IMG/VR virus record: IMGVR_UViG_3300033146_002242
Span: 32,001 to 96,000 of that record
DNA length: 64,000 nt
Direction: 5' to 3' (one strand)
DNA from: a virus
Every line of letters begins with the position of its first letter. The first letter of the stretch is position 1. Positions 20,821 through 28,977 of this stretch are shown here, piece by piece. The notes below the pieces were generated by a model that saw only the letters and a program-made list of their open reading frames with translations, was not told the DNA's origin and did not search any database. The position numbers and the translations under genes are program-made.

Positions 20821-21391
20821 TTTATTCACTAAATAAGAGTGAGGCGGGCCTCGGCTAAGCAGAATAAATATTATATATATTTGCTCACTAAATAAGTGAG
20901 ATATTGTTGTGTTGTTTGGATAAATATTATATATGTTTGCTCACTTATTTAGTGAGACTGGATTTTTCCCTATCATCAGAATATTAATTAGATAAAAACA
21001 TATTTGCTCATTAAATAAATGAGATATAACCTGGCCGTTATTTTAATTAAATATTATGTATTTGCTCACTAAATAAGTGAGAGATTATGTTCTTTTGATT
21101 TAGGTATTAAAGTATTTTGAATAATATATGTTTGCTCATTAAATAAATGAGACAGGGCGTAAGAAGGTAAAAATAAATGAAATAGATTCATTTATAATAT
21201 ACAACATTATAAAGTTAAATAGTTTGTTCACTAAATAAGTGAAATGAGATTATTTTGTTTTTTATTAGATTATTAATCAAATAAAAACATGTTTGCTTAC
21301 TAAACAAGTGAGATGGGGATAGAGAGTTTGGACGTAAATCAGGTTTTTAAAATAAAATATATGTTTGCTCATTAAATACAATAAAAATGAG
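20811..21391 (+). CRISPR. Degenerate CRISPR-like array, 9 hairpin repeats, type V (Cas12m/Cas12j-like) architecture
   Basis: Cores at 20821, 20880, 20936, 21003, 21061, 21131, 21223, 21292, 21364; consensus (TAAATATTATATATG)TTTGCTCACT-AAATA-AGTGAGA; period 56-92 nt; mostly unique spacers. Confidence 0.72.
21162..21239 (+). repeat. Direct duplication of the primase-polymerase 3' end plus first repeat (20763-20838)
   Basis: AAAAATAAATGAAATAGATTCATTT..AATATACAACATTATAAAGTTAAATAGTTT.TTCACTAAATAAG present twice with few indels. Confidence 0.9.
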
Positions 21392-21412
21392 AAAAGTAGC
21401 TAATGTAATTTG

Positions 21413-21444
21413 TTTTAAAAAATAAAAAGAGTTATATATATTTA
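21413..21444 (+). promoter_or_regulatory. Candidate early promoter (31/32 identical to 49440-49471)
   Basis: TTTTAAAAAATAAAA(A/C)GAGTTATATATATTTA. Confidence 0.5.
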
Positions 21445-21484
21445 TAAATAGTAGAAATGATTATAATTTTATATAGGTAATAAA

Positions 21485-22015
21485 ATGAAAGCTAATATTG
21501 AAAAAGAAAAACTTTTTAAAAAGTTTATAGATAATGGAGAAATTTGGGCTGATAAATATGGTAATATTTATAAGAAAAATGGAACTTGTAAATATCATTT
21601 AAATAATACTGGTTATTATAGATTATCATATAAATCAATAACTATTTTTGTGCATAGGTTGGTTTGGATTTATTTCAAAGGATTGATATATGATGATAAG
21701 CTACAAATTAATCATATTGATGGGGATAAATTAAATAATACTTTGGAAAATTTAGAAATTGTTGATAATAAAACTAATACAAAACATGCTATACTAATGG
21801 GTTTACGAACACCCATATCAGAAAAAACAAAACAATATTTTTCTGAAAAGATAAGGGGGTGCAAAAATATAAATGCAAAATTTACACAATCCGATGTTAT
21901 TTTATATAGGTATTTATATAAAATGGGCAAAATAAATATAAAAACAATTTCTGAAAAATACGATATAACACAACGAAGTGTAAAAAATATGTTGAGTGGA
22001 AAAACATATAATTAA
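21485..22015 (+). CDS. Free-standing HNH homing endonuclease
   Basis: [37 protein letters not shown]; C-terminal NAKFT..V helical DNA-binding region. Confidence 0.9.
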   Translation: MKANIEKEKLFKKFIDNGEIWADKYGNIYKKNGTCKYHLNNTGYYRLSYKSITIFVHRLVWIYFKGLIYDDKLQINHIDGDKLNNTLENLEIVDNKTNTKHAILMGLRTPISEKTKQYFSEKIRGCKNINAKFTQSDVILYRYLYKMGKINIKTISEKYDITQRSVKNMLSGKTYN

Positions 22016-22022
22016 GTTATAT

Positions 22023-22385
22023 GCCCGGATGGCGGAATAGGTAGACGCAAGGGACTTGACTCGTAAATAAATTGAGCGGCATATTTGAAAAAATATGTTT
22101 GAATCGGGTGAATTCAGGGGAACCTTCTTAATTTTATTTAGAATTAAATGGCAATCCTGAGCCAAGACATCAACGCTTTGATGGAAGGTGCAGAGACTAG
22201 ATGGTGAGGAAAGATACGTTTCTCGTAAAACATCATAAGCGCCCGACACCTAAGGATTTTATTTTAATCTATGGTGATGATATAGTCCAGACCACAAACA
22301 TTGTAAAATGGCAATGAAAATTGTAGTGGTACGAAAATCCCTCGTTCGTAAGAACGTGCCGGTTCGATTCCGGCTCCGGGCATCA
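22023..22385 (+). tRNA. trnL: tRNA-Leu(UAA), split by a group I intron (exons 22023-22057 and 22334-22382)
   Basis: GCCCGGA/TCCGGGC acceptor, D arm, AGGGA-CTT|AAAA-TCCCT anticodon arm, long variable arm, TTCGATT loop. Confidence 0.92.
22058..22333 (+). mobile_element. Group I self-splicing intron (IC3-like, no internal ORF)
   Basis: Inserted after U34; P1 CTT/GAG; core GAATTCAGGGGAACC, AATCCTGAGCC, GCAGAGACTAGA, GATATAGTCC; terminal G. Confidence 0.9.
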
Positions 22386-22407
22386 ATTTAATTTAAAAGG
22401 AGGATGA

Positions 22408-22638
22408 ATGGAACAACAACATATGTCGAATAGTAAACCCTTATACATACACACATCAGATGGGTGTGTATATCGGGAAGATATATCGTTATATGCCTGT
22501 GATATATCATTTGAAGAAGTTATGGAAAAAGAAGTGAACTATTATATAAATAATGGATATAAAAATATCACTCCTAATGGAGTTGATGTCACTTTTTATC
22601 CTCCCAGTCAAATCCTAAAGTTTACTTATAAACGATAG
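22408..22638 (+). CDS. Hypothetical protein
   Basis: AGGAGG RBS, 76 aa. Confidence 0.65.
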   Translation: MEQQHMSNSKPLYIHTSDGCVYREDISLYACDISFEEVMEKEVNYYINNGYKNITPNGVDVTFYPPSQILKFTYKR

Positions 22639-22666
22639 GATTTAAAAGAATCGACAAAAACTTTTC

Positions 22667-22823
22667 GTTGTGGTAAATTGTAGTTCGCGAACACCACAAC
22701 ATAGGTGGGTAGATTGCACCTCTCCACCAAAAGTTACAAAACGATTGCCATTCTCGGCCAAGAATGGAAAAAGGTATTATTCGTTTATTGCTCGGAATGA
22801 ATAATATGCTTCGGTGAAGGCAT
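22667..22823 (+). ncRNA. Intergenic string of five hairpins, candidate ncRNA
   Basis: gttgtggt/accacaac, ggtgg/ccacc, ccattct/agaatgg, tattattc/gaataata, atgc-ttc/gaag-gcat. Confidence 0.4.
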
Positions 22824-22880
22824 CGGAGAATATAAAAAGAATTAAATAGCTTTGAAAATCAGGATTAACAAATATTGATA

Positions 22881-23051
22881 CTCTCAGATTGCGAAGCCTC
22901 AGAGCTCTTAGATGAGCAGCCGGAGGATAGGCTGAGAGTTGGAGTCGTCGATACAGGGAGTCCAGAGAATACTGTCAAGTCTTAAGGCTTCGGTAGCAGT
23001 ATTTGATGACGGACCCGGTGCAGTGTAGAAGCTAGTCTGGTAACAGAAGGC
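22881..23051 (+). ncRNA. Structured RNA-like element, copy 1
   Basis: 114 nt (22938-23051) identical to 24005-24118; 5' domain covaries between copies; followed by terminator-like gcctcg/cggggc-T5. Confidence 0.6.
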
Positions 23052-23123
23052 AAGGCCACCGAAAGGCGCATGGCCCATGCCTCGGATTTGCTTGCGGGGC
23101 TTTTTATCCTAAGGAGCGAAATT

Positions 23124-23303
23124 ATGTTATATGAGTGTAATACCGGACTTAACTGTTCTGAGTGTAGAGGGTGTGCTACGCAACTTGAAGTTTGTTCGGA
23201 CTTTATCTCCCTTGAATACCTTTCAGAAGAGTGTACGCACAGAAATCTAGAAATGGAGTTGGAAGTGCCTATAACCAGAGAAAAAACCCCGAGAATATCT
23301 TAG
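23124..23303 (+). CDS. Small Cys-rich hypothetical protein
   Basis: AAGGAG RBS; MLYECNTGLNCSECRGC. Confidence 0.55.
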   Translation: MLYECNTGLNCSECRGCATQLEVCSDFISLEYLSEECTHRNLEMELEVPITREKTPRIS

Positions 23304-23378
23304 CTACTTGTTAGTTTTGTGGGGCGTAGGGCAAGTTAACTCACGATGTTTTTGAAAAATTGAATAAGGAGTTAGACC

Positions 23379-23816
23379 ATGAAAGTATATCTTACAAGAC
23401 GAGTTGCTAATATGACAGATGGTATGGGGCCCATGCAAATCGACAAGTGCTTTCTTTACGAAGGGCATGCTAACAAGTATATAAATGCCCAACCAGGAAT
23501 TATGGGAAGGCGAGCATGTTGGAGCAAGAGAGAGGTTGGAGACTGGGATGTTATCCCTTTAGAAGTTATTGAAGAAGATATTATTGGTAACACCCGGTCT
23601 GCTAATGAGATTAAAATAGAAGACTTGGAAGACTGGACTACGCAAATTTGGAAAGAATACGCTGCCGAATTATATCAAGGGAAATGTCTGATACTATCGG
23701 TTTCTTTGGGAAGAGGGGAATACCAGGTAACTCTTGGTAAAGAAGTTCTCTACCGAGGGTCTGATAAAAGTAAGGCTAAGTATGCGTATGAGGAAGTCAC
23801 AAAACTGGACGACTAG
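23379..23816 (+). CDS. Hypothetical protein
   Basis: AAGGAG RBS; 145 aa; higher GC. Confidence 0.75.
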   Translation: MKVYLTRRVANMTDGMGPMQIDKCFLYEGHANKYINAQPGIMGRRACWSKREVGDWDVIPLEVIEEDIIGNTRSANEIKIEDLEDWTTQIWKEYAAELYQGKCLILSVSLGRGEYQVTLGKEVLYRGSDKSKAKYAYEEVTKLDD

Positions 23817-23945
23817 GGTTAAAGTTAAGGGTATCTGTGCATAATAGGGTTAAAGTTCCTCCCTGCTGGATGTGTATAAACCAGTCTACACTTGGTATAA
23901 AGACTAAAGGTGGGGTCGACTCCCATTGCCCGCACTATTTTGACA

Positions 23946-24118
23946 CCTCTGGATTGCGAAGCCTTGTACCCTTGTTTAGAGGGAGCCGAGAGGATAGGCC
24001 AGAGGTTGGAGTCGTCGATACAGGGAGTCCAGAGAATACTGTCAAGTCTTAAGGCTTCGGTAGCAGTATTTGATGACGGACCCGGTGCAGTGTAGAAGCT
24101 AGTCTGGTAACAGAAGGC
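23946..24118 (+). ncRNA. Structured RNA-like element, copy 2
   Basis: cctctgg/ccagagg stem replaces ctctcag/ctgagag of copy 1; identical 3' 114 nt. Confidence 0.6.
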
Positions 24119-24312
24119 GCGGGGCGTTTTTTAAAAAAATAATAAAATGTATAATGGATATTTATATCTAAGAAAAAATATTAAAAAATTAATAAAATTA
24201 TATAGGCAGTATAATAAAAGTTTTATGAAAAAGGATTGAAAGAAAATATAATAAACATCGGAATAAATATAATTGATTTTTTTTATTACATCAAATTAGT
24301 TGAGAGGAGATT

Positions 24313-26355
24313 ATGGAGTTTATTGATTTTGTCGGGAAAATAAAAAAGAATTTTGAATATATGAAATCAAAATCTGATATTTTATTTTATACTACAAGAG
24401 ATAGAAATAAAATATGGGAAACATATTTACAATCATTTCCAGAAGGATCAAATCCAATATATAAAGAAAGAACTGAACATGATTGTAATGCATGTAAATC
24501 ATTTATAAGACAATTTGGATCCATTGTTGTCATAGATCCATCTGATTTAAAGATGTTATCTATATGGGATATGGAAATAGGTGGTTCATATCAAGATGTT
24601 GCTGATGCAATGTCACGATATGTTAAATCACATCCTATTGAAAATATTTTTATGCATAATGAAAAAAATATGGGAATTGAATGTAATAGACAAGAAGTAG
24701 GTGGTAAAATTCTGAAATGGCATCATTTTCATTTAAAAACACCATCTAATATATTAGTCAATAAAGATGTAATAAATGAAATCAAATCAGAATCAAGAGC
24801 CAACAAAGAAGTATTATATAGAAGTTTAACTGAATTAACAATTGAATCTGCTGAAATTGTATTAGATTTAATTGAACAAAATACATTGTATCGTGGCCGT
24901 GAGCATAAAAAAGTTGTGGAACTATTTATTGAATTAAAGAAACAGTTTAATAAAGTACCAGATAATTTAAAAGATCATTGTTGTTGGCTAACATCAGTTT
25001 CATTTAAATCATTATCAAAAATTAGAAATACTGTTATAGGTACATTATTATCTGATTTATCAGAAGGAAAAGATATTGAAGATGCTGTAAAAGCATATGA
25101 ATTTAAAGTAGCTCCTTCGAATTATAAAAGACCGAAAGCTATTGTAACTAAATCAATGATTTTACAAGCTCAAAATACTCTTAAAGATTTGGGTTTATTA
25201 GAATCATTGGAAAGAAGATATGCAACAATATCAGATATATCTGTTAATAATGTATTGTTTGCAGATAGATCTGTTAAACCAGCAATGAAAGATGTGTTTG
25301 ATGAATTATTAGAACAAACACCTGAAAAAATAAAAAAATATGATAATGTTGAAAAAATTCATATTGAAAAATTTATATCTGATGTATTACCAAAAATTAA
25401 TACACTTGAATTATTTATTGATAATAAACATTTAAATAATTTAGTAAGCTTAACAACAGCTGTTAATCAGGATGCACCTTTTTTATTTAAATGGCCGAAT
25501 CATTGCGCATGGTCATATACAGGTGACGTGGCAGATTCGATCAAAGAAAAAGTAAAGCAAGCTGGTGGAAAAGTTGATGGTGTTATACGGTGTTCTTTAT
25601 CATGGTATAATACAGATGATTTAGATATACATGTAATTGAACCCAATCAAAATGAGATTTATTATTTAAATAATACTTCATTCACATCTGGAAAATTAGA
25701 TGTTGATATGAATGCCTCTGCACGAAAAGCTGTGAGAGGTGCTGTTGAAAATATTACATGGAACAACAGAAATAGAATGTTGGAAGGTAATTATGATTTG
25801 ATTATTCATAATTATAAAGTTCGTGAACGTAATATTGATGTTGGGTTTGAAGTTGAAATTGAACATAATGGACATGTATATAGTTTTAATTATCCAAAAC
25901 ATGTTAGCCATTCAAAGCCAATTAAAGTTGCAACATTTTATTATAATCCAAGAACAGATGAATTCAAATTAATATCATCCATACAATCAACTGAAAATAT
26001 AAAAGTTATAGATGAATGGAATATAAAAACAAATCATTTTCATAAAGTCCAATTATTATTGATGTCTCCCAATTTCTGGGATAATGGTAATGGATTTGGT
26101 ATTGGTAATAAACATTATTTCTTTATGTTAGAAAATTGTAAAAACCCAGATAATTGTCGGGGTTTTTATAATGAATATTTAAAAGCTGATTTAACTAAGC
26201 ATAGAAAAGTATTTGAGATTTTAGGGTCTAAAATGAAAGCTCCATATACTGACAATCAATTAAGTGGTATTGGATTTTCAGAGACACAAAAAAATAGAGT
26301 TATTGTTAAAGCGAGTGGGTCTTTCAATAGGCCATTAGAATTAATTTTCCAGTAA
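24313..26355 (+). CDS. Large hypothetical protein
   Basis: 680 aa, GAGGAG RBS; HDCNACKSF; C-terminal DLDIHVIEP..LDVD..VENITW (YfaP/DUF2135-like pattern, uncertain). Confidence 0.8.
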   Translation: MEFIDFVGKIKKNFEYMKSKSDILFYTTRDRNKIWETYLQSFPEGSNPIYKERTEHDCNACKSFIRQFGSIVVIDPSDLKMLSIWDMEIGGSYQDVADAMSRYVKSHPIENIFMHNEKNMGIECNRQEVGGKILKWHHFHLKTPSNILVNKDVINEIKSESRANKEVLYRSLTELTIESAEIVLDLIEQNTLYRGREHKKVVELFIELKKQFNKVPDNLKDHCCWLTSVSFKSLSKIRNTVIGTLLSDLSEGKDIEDAVKAYEFKVAPSNYKRPKAIVTKSMILQAQNTLKDLGLLESLERRYATISDISVNNVLFADRSVKPAMKDVFDELLEQTPEKIKKYDNVEKIHIEKFISDVLPKINTLELFIDNKHLNNLVSLTTAVNQDAPFLFKWPNHCAWSYTGDVADSIKEKVKQAGGKVDGVIRCSLSWYNTDDLDIHVIEPNQNEIYYLNNTSFTSGKLDVDMNASARKAVRGAVENITWNNRNRMLEGNYDLIIHNYKVRERNIDVGFEVEIEHNGHVYSFNYPKHVSHSKPIKVATFYYNPRTDEFKLISSIQSTENIKVIDEWNIKTNHFHKVQLLLMSPNFWDNGNGFGIGNKHYFFMLENCKNPDNCRGFYNEYLKADLTKHRKVFEILGSKMKAPYTDNQLSGIGFSETQKNRVIVKASGSFNRPLELIFQ

Positions 26356-26391
26356 ATATATTTTTGTTTAATTCCAAACAAGGAGATAAAG

Positions 26392-26775
26392 ATGAGTGAT
26401 GTGAATTTGTTTGAACTTGCAAGTCGTATGAAATTTCGTTTTGATACCACAAAAGGGCAGTTATCCGTAGAAGATTTATGGGATATTCCCATGACTGGAA
26501 AAGTGTCATTAGATGCCATTGCTATTGATTTAAATAAAAAATTGAAGGACACCAATGAAAGTTTTGTAGTCCAAAAAAGCAGTGCTAATAAAATTATTGA
26601 ATATAAATTTGATTTAGTTAAATATGTAATTCAGACCCGCTTGGCTGAAATTGAAGCGCGGCAAAAAGAGAAAGAAAATAAAGAAAAGAAACAAAAGATT
26701 CTACAAATTATCGAAGAAAAGGAAAACGAATCATTGAAAAATATGTCTATTGAAGAATTGAAAAAAATGATTTAA
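26392..26775 (+). CDS. Hypothetical coiled-coil protein
   Basis: AAGGAG RBS; FRF..KGQLSVEDLWD. Confidence 0.75.
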   Translation: MSDVNLFELASRMKFRFDTTKGQLSVEDLWDIPMTGKVSLDAIAIDLNKKLKDTNESFVVQKSSANKIIEYKFDLVKYVIQTRLAEIEARQKEKENKEKKQKILQIIEEKENESLKNMSIEELKKMI

Positions 26776-26780
26776 TTTTA

Positions 26781-26824
26781 TTTTGTCGAGAGTGGATTAA
26801 TTTAATTTCCACTCTCGACAAAAT
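26781..26824. terminator. Hairpin terminator
   Basis: Perfect 16 bp IR ttttgtcgagagtgga/tccactctcgacaaaa. Confidence 0.7.
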
Positions 26825-26929
26825 AAATAGGAGATTTTATAATGGAATCTTTGCAATATAAATATAGTAATGATGTTAATTTTCGTAAACTTGTTGATAG
26901 TTTAGATGCAGTTATAGAGAGAAAAACAA

Positions 26930-27181
26930 ATGAATAAAAAATTAATTATATGTTCGGATTTTTTAAAAAATATAGATGATTTTATATATAATTATAATTT
27001 ATCATTAAATGAATGTGTAAGAATTGTAAAATATGATTTTTATTATAAAATTCGAGGGTATAAAAATTTACCATTTATTATTATACCTCCAATAACGTTT
27101 ATATGTGAATTTTATGAAATTGCTAAAATACAACAATTTTTTGAAATACAAGAAAATCAAATAGAAGAATATTTTTTTTAA
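26930..27181 (+). CDS. Hypothetical protein
   Basis: 83 aa ORF in accessory region. Confidence 0.5.
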   Translation: MNKKLIICSDFLKNIDDFIYNYNLSLNECVRIVKYDFYYKIRGYKNLPFIIIPPITFICEFYEIAKIQQFFEIQENQIEEYFF

Positions 27182-27243
27182 AATGTATTTTGAACTATAT
27201 ATAATAAATAGTATTATGAAGAATATATTTTTATTATTTTAAA

Positions 27244-27256
27244 GAACATAGGAATA
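27244..27256 (+). promoter_or_regulatory. Candidate promoter GAACA-N6-TA
   Basis: GAACA TAGGAA TA upstream of 27264 ORF and tRNA-Thr. Confidence 0.45.
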
Positions 27257-27263
27257 TATAATA

Positions 27264-27479
27264 ATGAAAATGGAACTTCCTGTTAAAACGATTTTTAAAT
27301 GCACCTCATATTGTAATTTTACAATAGAAGTTATTGAAAATGACGATCTTACATGTTCAGATTGCTTTTTTGATGATAGAAAAATAGATTATGATTCGGA
27401 CACAATGTGGTGTCATTTATTAAAATGTGCAAAAGATGAAAGAACTGATCATAAAAATGTGATATTTAAAAGAGTGTGA
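27264..27479 (+). CDS. Small Cys-rich hypothetical protein
   Basis: CSDCFF...CHLLKC..ERTDHKNVIFK. Confidence 0.6.
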   Translation: MKMELPVKTIFKCTSYCNFTIEVIENDDLTCSDCFFDDRKIDYDSDTMWCHLLKCAKDERTDHKNVIFKRV

Positions 27480-27483
27480 TTAT

Positions 27484-27556
27484 GCCGGGTTAGCTCAATT
27501 GGCAGAGCAGTTGATTTGTAATCAACAGGTTGTGGGTTCGATTCCCATGCTCGGCT
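27484..27556 (+). tRNA. trnT: tRNA-Thr(UGU)
   Basis: Complete cloverleaf, anticodon arm GTTGA-TT TGT AA-TCAAC. Confidence 0.93.
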
Positions 27557-27579
27557 TTCAATTTAACGAGGAGTTGAAG

Positions 27580-27891
27580 ATGGATGAAACTTTAAAAAAA
27601 ATTTATGGTATGATTCCAAGATTGCCACAAAGACAAGATTCATTAGCAGCACAATTTGCTGATTTAAAAATATTTGCAAATTCAATGGGAATGTATGATG
27701 CTGCTGATGCAATATCTCAATGGATTGTTAATATGCCTAAATTAAAATTTGGGTGTTATTGTGATTTGGAAGAAGGGCATAAACCTGATGAATGTGTGAT
27801 TAATTTGGGTAAAAAATCCAATTGTATATATGCAAAAAATATTGAACGCCCCGAACAATGTGAGTATTGGAGACCTATATCTAATGAGTAA
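27580..27891 (+). CDS. Hypothetical protein with Cys-rich C-terminus
   Basis: GAGGAG RBS, ATG at 27580 (track start overlaps the tRNA). Confidence 0.7.
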   Translation: MDETLKKIYGMIPRLPQRQDSLAAQFADLKIFANSMGMYDAADAISQWIVNMPKLKFGCYCDLEEGHKPDECVINLGKKSNCIYAKNIERPEQCEYWRPISNE

Positions 27892-28192
27892 TTGGGTATT
27901 TATAATTAAAGTTTGTATTTTATGTCAATTAGTAGTATTTTTTATATGTATGCAAATAAGTAAATATGAGGGGTATCCACCATCAGTTTGGAATGTTGCG
28001 GAATTAAAAACTAATATTATTATCTCAATTATTTTTCCAATTGGGATAGTATTTATTATATATTGGTCTTTAAATATAATTGGTGATATTGTTTCAGACA
28101 AAATAGAATACATAAAATCTAAATTGCGAATACATAGCAAATGGCAATATATAATTGATAATATATGGCCAAAGTTAACAAAAAAATTATAG
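27884..28192 (+). CDS. Small membrane protein (paralog of 29492..29710)
   Basis: Two TM segments; GYP...W...IFPIG shared with 29492. Confidence 0.6.
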   Translation: MSNWVFIIKVCILCQLVVFFICMQISKYEGYPPSVWNVAELKTNIIISIIFPIGIVFIIYWSLNIIGDIVSDKIEYIKSKLRIHSKWQYIIDNIWPKLTKKL

Positions 28193-28201
28193 GAGTGATT
28201 A

Positions 28202-28525
28202 GTGGCAGATGAAATTTTGGATAATGATTATATATTAGAATTGAAATTATTATCTAGAGTGAGAAAGCGGTGTTTTTTAGATCCAGGGTTTCTCACGAAA
28301 GTAATTCAAGCGGGAGTAGCTGGTATCCAAGAATATGCGGATACACAATCTCGCCGGGCTGCTGACATGGAAACATTCGCGTCAGCTATGGCCTTTCTTC
28401 AAAAACAAGAAAGATTATCACCAAAATTAAAAAAACAAATGAATGATTTAGCTTTAGCTAAACTAGAAAAATGGATGGGCAAAACATCTCTTAGATGGGA
28501 TGATGATATAATAAAAAAGGAGTGA
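28202..28525 (+). CDS. Hypothetical protein
   Basis: AGGAG RBS, GTG start, 107 aa. Confidence 0.6.
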   Translation: MADEILDNDYILELKLLSRVRKRCFLDPGFLTKVIQAGVAGIQEYADTQSRRAADMETFASAMAFLQKQERLSPKLKKQMNDLALAKLEKWMGKTSLRWDDDIIKKE

Positions 28526-28529
28526 TATT

Positions 28530-28703
28530 ATGGATAAATCCCTTAAAAATAAAAATGCTTGGGGTAAATTTTTTGAGCAAATGAAAAAAGAAGAAAATAT
28601 AGAAATAACTGTTGATTCTAAAAAACATATGCGGCATATTGAAAAATCATATGAAAAAACTAATCAAGCATATTTACACGCTAGACATATGGTGGTTAAA
28701 TAA
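28530..28703 (+). CDS. Small hypothetical protein (57 aa, not in track)
   Basis: AAGGAG RBS; MDKSLKNKNAWGKFFEQM. Confidence 0.5.
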   Translation: MDKSLKNKNAWGKFFEQMKKEENIEITVDSKKHMRHIEKSYEKTNQAYLHARHMVVK

Positions 28704-28713
28704 AGGATGTAAA

Positions 28714-28977
28714 ATGGAATGGATTGATGTAAAATCAAAATTGCCTATGGAAGAATTAAAAGGTCAAAAAGTTATTGATCGTTATATGGTTACTGTTTAT
28801 CCAAAAGATATGGATCCTGTTGAAGGTCCAAGAGTATTGATTTTATGGTTTTCAGCAGAAAATATGGAATTTTCAACTGAACCTGGTGGGTTTAAATATG
28901 AAAAAATGCACGATCATTTTGTATCACATTGGGCAGAATTACCGTGTCCAGCTAAATTAAATAATGAAAAAAATTAG
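28714..28977 (+). CDS. DUF551-like phage protein
   Basis: MEWIDVKSKLP ... VSHWAELP. Confidence 0.7.
   Translation: MEWIDVKSKLPMEELKGQKVIDRYMVTVYPKDMDPVEGPRVLILWFSAENMEFSTEPGGFKYEKMHDHFVSHWAELPCPAKLNNEKN

Noticed and set aside
20844-21420. Self-targeting of array spacers within this window
   Set aside because: No match found by eye beyond short AT-rich words; needs a proper search
22637-22880. tmRNA, suggested by GGA...TCGAC start and hairpins
   Set aside because: No T-arm or acceptor 3' end and no tag frame ending in an ALAA-like motif; kept only as a generic structured region
22938-23051. Group I intron or RNase P identity for the duplicated element (GTCCAGAGAATA, TAGTC, ACAGAA echoes)
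   Set aside because: P7 would be mismatched, P3/P4 order does not fit, no interrupted gene, and RNase P P4 complementarity is missing
23829-23935. tRNA-like element (GTGGG-GTCGACT-CCCAT T-arm; GGGTA/TGCCC partial acceptor)
   Set aside because: T-loop is GTCG not TTCG, acceptor only 5 bp, no D or anticodon arm, no CCA; at most a remnant
23837-24095. ORFs 23837-24052 and 23910-24095
   Set aside because: Overlap the duplicated structured element, have weak starts, and are not intact in copy 1
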